DNA of 64,000 nucleotides from Ruditapes philippinarum (lineage: Eukaryota): NCBI RefSeq assembly GCF_026571515.1, contig NW_026864722.1, positions 62,001 through 126,000 on the forward strand, read 5' to 3'. Positions within the stretch are counted from its first letter, which is position 1. Each line of letters starts with the position of its first letter. Position numbers and translations under genes: made by a program. The notes under the pieces were generated by a model. That model saw only the letters and a program-made list of their open reading frames with translations. It was not told the origin of the DNA and ran no database searches. Below are positions 26,101 to 38,153 of this stretch, piece by piece.

Positions 26101-27548
26101 ATGGCATTTTCTTCACTGGTGATAATACCATTGTTTTATCTTGTGACGTCATCGGTTGCTGACAATTCAGACAAGCCAGTAACAGAAAATCGTGACATTG
26201 CTAAAGAGTTTGACGATTTTAAAAAATATATTTCAACAAAACTTGAAGCTATGGCCGAAACCCATGCACGAGACATGCACAGACTCGATGCTATTATAAA
26301 TGCGCAAGGAATGCAAATTCAACAGCTTGAATCTGACAATGCTATAAAGGATTCTGAAATACACAATCTGCAAGGAAAAATAGAAAAAATGACTGCAAAG
26401 AAAAAAGATGGCTTTAAAAGTGCTGGGAATTCACAAAGCGACGAAACTGTTAAAAAACGTTTTCCAAATCACAAGGATTCCTGCAGAAGAGAGGTAGACC
26501 TAAAATTTATGTTTCAATGAAATTATCTATTAGAAAATTTACTTTTTATTCATTTAAAAAGTAAATTACATGATTTTAAATAAAGCAACCATTAGAGTAC
26601 AAAAGTCTATAAAAAGTGCATAATTGAATCGATGTAACACAGTTAAACCTGTGTTAAAGACCACTTTTAAATAAAGGCCACCAACCTTCAATTAAATAGA
26701 ACATTATAACCCAAAATAAAGGCCACTTTACAGGTCATGTTTGGTTTTTCCTTTGGGTGGCAGGTGTGAGACACAAGTTCCCATATTGCATATTTTATAT
26801 AGCAGATAATATATGGTTCTTGAACAGAATAATAGTATACGTACATGTTCATACTGTTTCATTTAGAACTTTATCAACATTCTTTTAAGCAATATTTTAT
26901 AAGAAAATTAATTTGATACATTTCTATTGTTTATCAATATTTCAAAAACTTATGGAAAAAGTACCCATTGTAGACCTACATATTTTTATTTATAAAATGA
27001 CTAAAATCTGGAGAAAAAAATCATAAGAGAATTCAAAAGTTCTACATTTCTTAGTTCATACAAATTCCTAGTGATAGAAAAAAATGCTTTATCTTTAAGG
27101 TCTAAATAAGATGGTCAGAACAAGAAGCGCCGAAAGCAAGGTTGCATTTTTTGCCTCAGTTACACCCACCCTTGAACATTTGGGTCAAGACCAAGATATC
27201 ATATTTGACCACGCTGTTACAAATATTGGCAAAGGGTACATTCCACATCATGGAACATTTGTGGCTCCAGTCTCTGGAACGTATGTTTTCTTTATCACAG
27301 TAGATAAACTAGATAAACTAGACACAGCGTATACCTGGGGTCATTTTGTTGTTAATGGGTCAATTGTTGCGAAACTAGATTTGAATTACGGACAATCCTC
27401 TCAGACGGTAATTGTAAATCTGAGACGAGGAGAAGACGTTTCAGTGCAAAACACAGAGACAGACAGGACCATAAGAGGGGACCGCTACAGCACGTTTAGT
27501 GGATTTTTGTTGTATGAAGATTTCTCTGTTAACAGCTTTGTTGGCTAA
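26101..27548 (+). CDS. C1qDC unit 6; exons 26101-26493, 27100-27548; one base short in an A-run (frameshift allele, assembly error, or rescued by an alternative acceptor)
   Basis: Intact signal peptide and stalk until TAAAAAACG at 26451. Adding one A restores KKTFSKSQGFLQKRG and phase 1. The head is open and nearly identical to unit 4. Confidence 0.6.
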
Positions 27549-30500
27549 ATACAATTTGACTGGACATCCTAAATCAACTGATAATTTTTAAAACAGTTTC
27601 AAATTTTTGTAGTTTGTAATATACTTCTAACTTTTTTTGTTGTTGAAAGTAATATTTCTAAAGGCATAGAGTAATGAATGCCAAAAAGTTTGGTTAGATA
27701 AACTAAATTTTGTTGCATGTCAACTTATTTTCATTGCCAAAAATTCCCTATTAAACGTAATCCGTTTATTTGTTTAAATACCGGGGATAAAATAGGAATT
27801 GAAGGAAATTTCGGATTGGATACAATTCTATTTTTTGTTTTAGACCAAGATAGGACCAACTTATAGAAACTGCTAAATAAATTCAGTTTAAAATTTAATC
27901 TTCCTTTTGAAACAAAATCCTTCAGAAAATTTGGTTTGTAGCCACTCTTTTAACATGTTTTCTTTCCATTTAAACAACATTTCAAGTACCTTTAAAAAAA
28001 GTCCTTATCAATAACAAGACAATGGAATATGACATAAATAGATACATGAATATGTATCTCCTAACTGATAAATGTAGAGCCATTAATTCAATTATTTAAA
28101 TTTTATTTTTTTTAAATGCATTCCACCAATGCCAAAACTCCTAAAAACATTAAATTCAAATTTCTTAAATATATCAAGTGAAAGCATTTAAAATGATAAA
28201 TATGCAAAGGATTATTGAGAAATATTGTCAGAAGTAAACTGAAAATAAATATTCTTTGCGATTCGTAGCCCCTTTGAGCGCAAAGCGTTGCAAAGTCTTG
28301 TCATTTTTTAAAGATATTTTGCACAAAGTTCATGGTCTACAGATACATCAAATTGTACACACATTTTGAACAATATTTTCAGTCCGTCATAGAATCTCGA
28401 GCTCAATGGAGTCACTTTAAGATAAATGCTGCCGATTTCGTGCTAATGTATGTTAAGAGTATGTCTGTTGTCAATTTCTTCTGCTATTCAACGATTTTTC
28501 GATTGTACTGTTTGACAAAATTAGTATAAGAATAACATGAGATTTACTTGCATTTTTTTTTCAAACGATACGTGCGATAGAATACATACTCTGTTTTGTT
28601 TTGTACGAAATTTAACTTTAATTATTAAAGGACAATCCTTTCAATGCATTGATATTGAATTTTACATTTTAATGCATTGAAACCATTCATTGTAACTCTT
28701 AAAAGGATAGTGGTTATCAGTAAAATTCACAAGGACAAGGTCAAAATCAAAGGAAATGGTCTAATTCAAATTGCAAAATATAACCTTTTCTTTGATGTAT
28801 GAAGTCTATGGCTTATAGAATAAAGACGTTATATGACCAAAATTAAAAATAAATGTCCACAGAGAGACAAACAGACACATTATTAATGCTTATATTTTAT
28901 TTCTTAAAACATTTTTATTGTTGGGGTCCTGTTATAGTTAAACAAATACTCATTGACCATGTGCTTCTTCTGTTACTTTTGACTATTAGTATAGTTAAAG
29001 TAATTTAGTATTTTGTATGGAAATCGAAATACTACTTTGTTTACATTTTACTACTTTTATGACAAATATTGTCAAATACAGCACTCTTTTTTTAAGATGA
29101 AAAGTAACTAACATGCTTTGAAACCATTTAAAGCTCATGTTTCCCCTTTTCTGAGGACATATATGTTTTATATATATTTGCTTTTAAGCGGGGCGGTATT
29201 TAGTAATTCAATCTTAGCATGAAAAATTACCAAACTTGTATGGAAGGGAGATTAATGAATTTGATTATGTTTGAAAAATGGTTTAAATAAATGTCAGATC
29301 CTGAAGAAAGTAGTGGTAAATGTGAAATAATTTATCAGAAAAGTAGCAAAATGGTAACAAAGTAGTATTTTAACTAATACACAGAATACATATTCGCTAT
29401 TACTGTACTAATTGCAAAAAGTAACAGATAAAAAAAAGATGGTTCAGATTATTGGCCATTTAATAAATGTTTGGATAATATAAAAGACATCAACATTAAA
29501 AAGCTTTTGAACATATAAAAATAAGTTTTTGTAATGGCTTAGGGCCTTTAATTGTTTTCTAAACTAAACTTAAAGAGAAATCTTTCAAATTGATACACGT
29601 ACCTGAAAATGGCATTTACTGTACTTCCAACAATATTGTTTTATCTTGTGACTTCCTCGGTTGCTTACAATGCTGACAAGTCCCTTCCTTACAGTTTCTT
29701 GCGACATTGCTAAAGAATTTGAGGATTTTAAGATATACATTTCATCTATAATGGAAGCTATGGCCGAAAACTATGCGCGAGAAATAGGAAGGCTTGCGAA
29801 TATCATACATTCTCAAGGGAAGCAAATTCAAAAACTTGAATCTGACGATGCATTGAAGACTTCCGAGATTAAGGTTCTACTTGGAAAATTAGAAGGAGCA
29901 GCGATGGCATTAAAAGTACCGAGAAATCAGAAAGCAAAATTACACTACGAAAACTTAAGGGAAAGTTGACAAAGCCACATACTTTTTTGAAGAAAAGGGT
30001 AGATATGACCAGTTATAATTCAGTAAACCTTTTGCTTTTAGAATGCCTAACGCATATTGTTGTATACTTATTAAGAAGCATTAATTTGTAATACCGTGAT
30101 AAAGAATGGAATACAAAATAGTTATAAAATTTATATTTTACAGATATGCTGTTTTAGTTGTACAGACAAAAATGATTTTGTTTCCATGAAGCTATCTTTT
30201 AGAAAATTACTTTTATTCACATTCAAAAAGTGAATAAGTCTATTATGAAAGGGATATAATACAGTTTAACCTTTGTTAAAAACCACTTTCAAATAAAGGC
30301 CGTAATGCAAAAAAAGCAACTCTTCAGCAACCCTTCATTGATTAAATAGAACATGATAACGGCCGAATAAAGGCCAATTGTCTATAAAGGTCACGTTTGA
30401 TCACTGATTTTGGTGGCAGGTATTTGATACTAGATCCCATGTTACATATGCTATAAACAGATAAAATATTGTTCTTGAACAGAATATTATAATAATTATA

Positions 30501-30830
30501 CATCATGCATAAAAGTTCCTACTGATTCATTTATAACTTTATCATCATTTTAAGCAATATTTTATAAGAATTATAATTTTATATAATTCTATTGTTTTAT
30601 CAATATTTGAAATACTGATGTAAAATGTCCCATTTTAGACTTACAGATTTTCATTTTATAAAATCTGAAGAAAAATCTTAAGAGAGTTCAAGTGTTTTAC
30701 ATTTCTTAATTAATACCAATGGCTAGTGCTAGAAAAATTGCTTTATGTTTAAGGTCAACATAATATGGTGAAAAGAACAAGCGCCGAAACCAAAGTTGCA
30801 TTTTTTGCCTCAGTTACAACCGACCTTGAA
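27100..30830 (+). repeat. Segmental duplicate of ~20244-23998 (unit-4 head through unit-5 stalk and intron)
   Basis: Colinear, near-identical intergenic and intronic sequence at a ~6.8-kb offset. Confidence 0.9.
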
Positions 30831-31193
30831 CATTTGGGTCAAGACCAAGATATCATATTTGACCACGCTGTTACAAATATTGGTAATGGTTATCTACCAC
30901 ACCACGGAACATTTGTGGCTCCAGTCCCTGGAACGTATGTTTTCTCTGTAACATTACATCACTGGGAAGCAGTGGATACCTGGGGTCATTTTGTTGTTAA
31001 TGGGTCAATTGTTGCAAAATTATATTTGCATAACGGACAATCGTCTCAGACGGTAATTGTCTATCTGAGACGAGGAGAAAACGTTTCAGTACAAAACATA
31101 CATACAGACATGACCATGGGAGGGGACCGCTACAGCACATTTAGTGGATTTCTTTTGTATGAAGATTTCTCTGTAAACAATTTTGTTGGCTAA
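29609..31193 (+). pseudogene. C1qDC unit 7: frameshifted stalk (29609-29998) with intact open gC1q exon (30754-31193)
   Basis: A 4-nt duplication (TCCCTTCCTT, ~29681-29690) gives an early TAA, and it shares the second frameshift with unit 5. The acceptor and head ORF are intact. Confidence 0.8.
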
Positions 31194-33441
31194 ATAAAAA
31201 AGATTGGACAGTCTTTTCTAAATTTTGAACATGATACCGTAATTATTATATTATCATATTTTCCTTGACTTTCAAATGTCGAATAAAATTTGTTCGTAGT
31301 TCTATAGTTTTCCACATATTTATATTTCCATATATATCATACTATATTTAATTTGATTATGAATATTGTTAAAGGTATCTTACTTTCATTTTAGACTGCA
31401 GACTGCTAAGAATAACTTATAGAAATGTCTTAGTATATCCAGCTTTGACCTTTTTTTGAAAGAAAACTACTTCAGTAAATTAAATTTTGCGACCACTCTT
31501 TTACATATTTTTTTCTACCAAACCTTAAAGTAAGAACTTCAAATAATGTTTTTATAAGTAACAAGATAATGTCATATGACATAGAAACCTACATGTAACT
31601 TTTCATCCAACCTAAATCATTGAAATATGCTATCTTTTAAGATAAATACAGCTGATGTCATGGTACATATATAAAGGTTTGTGGTCTATTTCTTAAGCTA
31701 TTGTCTCGTTTTTACAATTGTATGGGGTGAAAAATGAGTTTACTTCATTCCGCCCTTAATGCTAAGAACAAACAAGTAGCAAATACTTAAATCATTGTAT
31801 TGAGGTGGAAGACGGAATGGGAGTTTCATGCGAAGTTAAAACCCGAATACAAAAACTGAGACAATTTTTCGAAATAATCAAGCGACAATAAGTCATATAA
31901 GCCTGTAGGGAAAAATGATCAATTCACTTTTTTCTTATAAAATTTCTCCAATGCGAATTGAATGAAATATGATTTGAATAAAAGGTCGTGGAGTGTTGTC
32001 GAAAGGTGAAAACAAAACTTGTACAATTGAAATGCTCCTTTTTCCTGTTGTTATTGTTCATTATGAATGCATACTTTTCAAAATTTGACGATATGTGCGA
32101 TAAAATACAGATTCTGATTTGTTTTGTGCTTGGAAGTTAACACTGAATCACTTGAAATCAACTGCATTTAAAGCCTGATTAATGCATTGATTTTTACTGT
32201 ATTGAAACCAACCTTCGTGTATAAAAAGCCAATAGTAATCGGTAAAAATCACATTGACAATGTCAAAAACAAGTTTAACAAAACAAGGTCAAATTTTAGC
32301 TCAAAATATAAACGTTTCCTTGATGTATAAAATCTATAGCTTATAGAATTAAAACGTTATATGTTAACAGAAAGACAAGCTGGCAAATACTTCAATAATT
32401 TATCCCATACCCAATTGTTTAATCTTTTAAAGGAAGGGAGTCCAGTAATTTAATTCTTAGGAAAAAATATCACTATACTTGTGAGTCATATAGTCCAGTA
32501 ATGACCATTTATTTTTAAATATAAAATAAATATTGGGTAGGTAGAGAATAGCACTTTATTCCTAAACACAATACAGTCATGACATTTAAATATTAAGGTT
32601 GACATAACATATATTTCTAACTATGAGTGACGTTTACTTTTTGTTTACTTTGGGTTTAAATTAATTTAAATTAAAAGATTTATTCATTTATTCATTTTCT
32701 CCGTTTGTTTTAAATAAAATTAATCAAATAAACGTCAAAAGGACAAGAGCAGCAGTCCTATTTATCATCCACGTCATCCTTTAAACATGTTAAATATTTA
32801 TATGCAATCAGCGGAGTAAGTCAAATCTACAAGATATTTTTATGATTATACAATATCTTTATACTTGAAAGTCTGTGGCCAAGTTTGTCTTAACTATTGT
32901 AAAGACAGTGTCTATGTATTGTTGTATATATTATCTGAAGTGGGTGTTTAAGTCTTTGTGAGTCTACTAGCAGATGAAAATTATGATGATTTGTCTTGCA
33001 AAGATGCTATGGCGAACTATATACAGCATAAAAAATCTAAAGAGAGAAAACGAAATTTTGACAAACGTAAGTGATGATGCATATGACGACGATTAAACGA
33101 TGATGATGACGCTGAAAATAGTATCGAAATGATATTTATGACAAAGATATTGAAATGAAGAGTCAACAATGTCAACGATGTTACGAAAATTATTATGGTC
33201 ACGGCGGAGACGTCGAGCATGATCATAATAATGATCATGACGATAACGATGATGATGTGTATGCCTTATAAGAATAGTATTCTTATTTTTTAACATATTT
33301 CTATACGCAAGTAGTACCTTAGTAATGACCGTAGTGAAGTCCTTATCTAAAAAACCGCCAGGTTAATAAATACATGCTATGTTGTCAACATAAACCACTT
33401 ACAACTGGACATTCTTTTAAAATTGGTAAACGTGTCGGAAA

Positions 33442-34110
33442 ATGGCATTTACTTTACTGACAACACTTGTTTTACCTTGTGAGTTCATCGGTTGCTGACA
33501 ATACTTACAAGTCGGTAACAGACACTTGCGATATAGCTAAAGAATTTGAGGATTTTGAGATATACGTCTCAACAAGAATGGAAGACACGAGAATATCATC
33601 AATTATCAAAGAAATGTTAAAGAATATTAAAGATATTAAAATATGTGTACCATATTTATTAGATAGAGGAATTAAGTTTTTATAGGTAACTTGGAATTAT
33701 GTTGAAAAGAAAAAGAATTAATTTAAAATCATCGTAACTAGATTTATATTTTACTTTAATCGAAATTTATTTACATTAACTGTAATTGTGTTAATATTTA
33801 AATTAATATTTAAAATAAAGTCGAAGACAAACTAATATGATTTCATATGTCCTATATTGCTAAATTTATAAATATTCGTAGAAAATTGATTCATATTCAA
33901 GGTCAACAGAGTCAAGTTGAAAGAGCAAGCGCCGAAAACGAGGTTGACTTTTATTGCCTCAGCTACAACCAACCTTGTGCATTTGGGAAAAGACAAAGAT
34001 ATCATATTTGACAACGCTATAACAAATATTGTTCTCTGCTACTCTACATCATTAGTGAACATCATATTCATATGGACACTTGTTGTAAATGGGTCAATCG
34101 TTGCGGAATT
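33442..34110 (+). pseudogene. C1qDC unit 8: heavily decayed stalk (33442-~33590) and head (33902-~34110)
   Basis: MAFTLL start with a frameshift. Head relic IASATTNLVHLGKDKDIIFDNAITNI...LVVNGSIVAEL has internal deletions. Confidence 0.8.
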
Positions 34111-35162
34111 GAATATCTCAAATATTGCACGGTCTCTTGTTTTCCCGATTACCGAACAGGCATTTTTATTTTGGGACCATGTAACGCTTTTCCTGGAATG
34201 ACACTAATGTGTTTCAAAATTTTAACCAGTTTTGTTTAATGTTGAATTCTGCTTAAGCCGTTGCTAGGGGGCGTGGACGGTAACTTGCACTTTCTATTAC
34301 CATCCATAAACAGGCTCAATCAAGCTAAGCCTGCAACATTTTCTATTTTGCCGTGTCGGGCTTTCTTTAGGTATTCTGTTTTTTCTCTATTTAAGGTTTT
34401 GAGATATAGAAGCTGTATTTGGAAACCTATGTAACACAGTTTAAATTCATGTAAAAAAACCTGAATCAAATACTTGGCTGATTTATAATTTTTCAAATAT
34501 TTCTTAAGGGCATTAACCTTGATTGGAGTAACTAAAAAGTACCCACTTTGACGATTTGGGGTTGAAAGAATCACCTGATTGGGAGCGTGCATCACCCTAC
34601 TTGCTTTGTGTCCGAGCTTTCATCTACCATTTCAATCGGGAGATTATTGTCCCTGGTATTCAACATTTTTTTTGTGTTTGACATAGCTACCTTAGTTCGT
34701 TTTTGTAAAATTATTCAGACCCGTTTGAGCAACAGGAACAGGTAAAATTTGTTTCTATCTCTTTCCTGATTGGTTTCACCTGGAAGAGATGTATTCTCTG
34801 TAAATATGTGTTACTTAATCCAGAAAACATGACCGAAATGTGTTTTAATACGAAATGTGTTATAAAAAAAGAGATTTTCTCAGAATGAAATAGAATTATA
34901 AATGTAATCCAGTAGACTTGACTTTAAACTAAAACGTGTATTCCGACTAAGCATTAAGTGAAAATAAATCATGTAAATATATACTGTTAGCTTATAAATG
35001 TTTTCAGCCAGAGGGACATGCGTTATCTAAATCACACTGACATGAACTGAAAACTAAGACATGAAGCTGTCAAAGTATGATATTTAAACTATAACATGCA
35101 ATCATGTACTGTAAAACAGTCAAAGTATGATGTGTAAAATAAATTTCAAAAACATACATCCA

Positions 35163-36327
35163 CGAGGTATGATCAAAAAGTGCTCGGCCCGATATACCTC
35201 TAGCCACTACACTGACATTTACTCACGATACCGATATCTTATTCAGGATTACTGTACGAGTTATACGCGGTTTTACACAGATTAAGTAACATAAAACACA
35301 CTTTGATCAGTGGGGGGGGGGTCATTTAGACAAAATGGAGAAAGTTGAAATCAGAGCCGTCAACAAGTAAGGGATGTCCCCCAAGGACATCTATGATGAC
35401 TTCATGGATACACTTAAGAAGAAGTCCCCTTCCTATAGCACTGTGAAAAAACGGACTGCTGAATTTAAAAGGGGCAGGGGAAGCAGTGGAGATGATGAGC
35501 AGTCTGGGCGGTCAAAAGAGGCAACCAACGATGAAACTGCCGAAGCTGTGCACGATCTGGTCATGTGCGACAGAAGGCGACACATTCGAAGCATTGCTAG
35601 GGAAGTGGGTATAAGCTTTGGTTCAGTTCAGGCAATCCTGGCTGAAGCCTATGACATTACAAAGGTTTCCGCTAGATGGGTCCCCAGACAGTTGACTGAC
35701 GACCAGAAACGGACCAGGCTTGTCATTTCAAGATATATTTTGTCTCGCTGAGGATGAACCTGATTTTATCTACCGAATCGTAACTCAGGATGAAACATGG
35801 GTCCATCACTTCGATTCAGAATTCAACAAACAGAGCATGCAGTGGAAGCACCCTGGCTCACCCCCTCCGAAGAAATTCAAGAGGGTGTCATCAGCAGGGA
35901 AGATGATGGCTTCAATTTTTTGGGATAGTCAGGGGATAATCATGAATCACTAACTTGAGCAAGGTCGTACCATAAACGGTTCGTACTATGAAGACGAATT
36001 AAGAAATCTGCGTCAAGTTGCGATGGCTGCTGCAACTGACTGCGGCTTTGAAATTCTTCCACATCCCCTTTTTCTCCGGACTTGGCCCTCTCTGACTTCT
36101 ACCTGTTTCCGAAACTGAAAACCAAGCTTCATGGTAGACGTTTTGGAAACAATGAAGGTGTCATGGAGGCGATCAATGAGTTCTATTTTGAAGGGTTAAA
36201 CAAGTTGGAGCACAGGTGGGCCAAGTGCATTGATGTAAAGGGCGATTATATTGAAAAGTAAGACCATTAGTTGGGTTCTCTGACTACCGGATTACATCGG
36301 GCCAAGAACTTTTTTGATCAATCCTCG
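35163..36327 (+). mobile_element. Defective mariner (Tc1/mariner) DNA transposon
   Basis: ~30-bp imperfect TIRs CGAGGTATGATCAAAAAG.../...CTTTTTTGATCAATCCTCG, with TA on the right and CA on the left. The transposase relic at 35335-36261 has MEKVEIRAV, WVPRQL, TQDETW, SPDLALSDFYLFPKLK and GDYIEK*, with stops, frameshifts and an internal deletion. Confidence 0.93.
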
Positions 36328-38153
36328 TACTGCAAACTAAGGCATGTTTTCAGACTGAGCATGGCGTGTTAACTAAATCACGCAAACGTGTACTTTATAT
36401 ATAAGACACATCATCAGACTGAACGTTACATGTTACTAAATCGCGTACACATGTATGTAAGTGCCATGATTTCAGCCTGTATGTGACATGCAAACTAAGT
36501 CATAAATTAACCAAGTAATCAGCATGAAAGTCAATATATTTTAGAGTGGGTCAATATTGTTCGCTTCCAATACTGATTTGATATATAATAATGGTCCAAT
36601 CATAGCTGTGTAAAGATACAATTGCAATTGAATTTACCAAACTATTTGTTGATACATATTTGAGCAAATATCTAAACTATTGTCAATTGTAGATGGCTTT
36701 CCTTTCTGTTTTGTAAGATTTTGCGTACTCAAAATAGAGAAAAACAGAATCCCTTAAGAAAGTCCAACACGACAACAGGCTCGGTTTGATTGAGTCTGTT
36801 CATGGATGGTACTGGAAAGTGCAAGTTACCGTCCTCGCCCCTAGCACCGTCTGAAGCAGAATTCAACATTTAACTCACACATTTGGTCATACATTACTTA
36901 TAATATAATTAAAATGACGCTGGACACATACAGGCACAAAACTTGTGCATTCTTGCACGCACGCACGTGAATTTACAACCTCTCCAGCTCAAGTGTTATA
37001 GCCAGGGCTACGCACCAGATTATTAGTGAGAAGAAAGTTTAAAATGTCCTCACCAAATAATAATCGCTTACATATAGAGAAGTGAATCCATAGGTTAAAC
37101 ATGAACAGCGATAAAGCGACAGTGAGTTAAGAGATAAAAGGAGGGTGCAAAATTTAGTACTTAACCTTCTCAATTAAATTACGAACTACAAATTACAACT
37201 GAATTTATTTATTTCATTACACACAATTGCACGCGCACGCTTGCGTGCATGAAAACTGTGCTAGTTTTGGCAAACAATAAACAATATGTAAGTCAAATCA
37301 CCTTTATATTACCTCCTTTTACAACGTACTTTAGCACGCACATGCGCATTATTTCGCAAAGTGTTTAATAAAACCTGACGAAACATTATTTTAAAAATCA
37401 CATTTGTTCGATAAGTCATTATACATGTGTTATATCTAAAAGGTAAACGTTTGTGAACTCCTCGCACCAATGCTGTAAGAGAGTAAGAAACTAGCTGCAA
37501 AAGTTCTGAAATGAACGCTCAATTTAATAAATATGTCTTTCACATTAATTGAAAACGAGACTGCATTGATCAAACTGGATCCTATAATGATTAATATTTG
37601 AACACTACATAGTGCAAATGATGGAAGACCATTGTTCACATTTAAAAAGGTGTGAACTAATTGAATATAAGGGTAAAATCCTTGACTATTAAGTTAGAGA
37701 TTTTGGGGAGCTAACAGGATGATGAAATTGATTATGATTAAAATGAGTTAATGAGATAACAAACTTATGAAAAATTGCCCGAAATTATGATGATGACGAC
37801 AAAACAAAAAATGATACGGTGATATTTTTGAAGCTGATATGAAAAGATTCGATATTTTTAAAAAGTACTATTTTTTTTTCGAAAAATTCAAAATTTTAAT
37901 GGCATGTTTTTGACTTTCTTTAGGGATTCTTATTTTTCCTATATATCCTATTTTTAATAATTAATATTTTATTGATAATGACAGAAAAACAAACTAAATA
38001 AGTGGGACATAGAATGCTTCTTCTAATCTCTTAGTAAGTACCTTTACAATACTCCTTATCTTATATTCACGTTCTTCATATATATATTAAATTACTTATT
38101 TACCAAAATCAGTTTAATTTGGACCTTCTTGCTGACAGAAGACTTGTCTGAAA

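Noticed and set aside
35374-35953. SETMAR-like host gene or active transposase
   Set aside because: No SET domain. Stops, frameshifts and a deletion across the catalytic region, bounded by TIRs.
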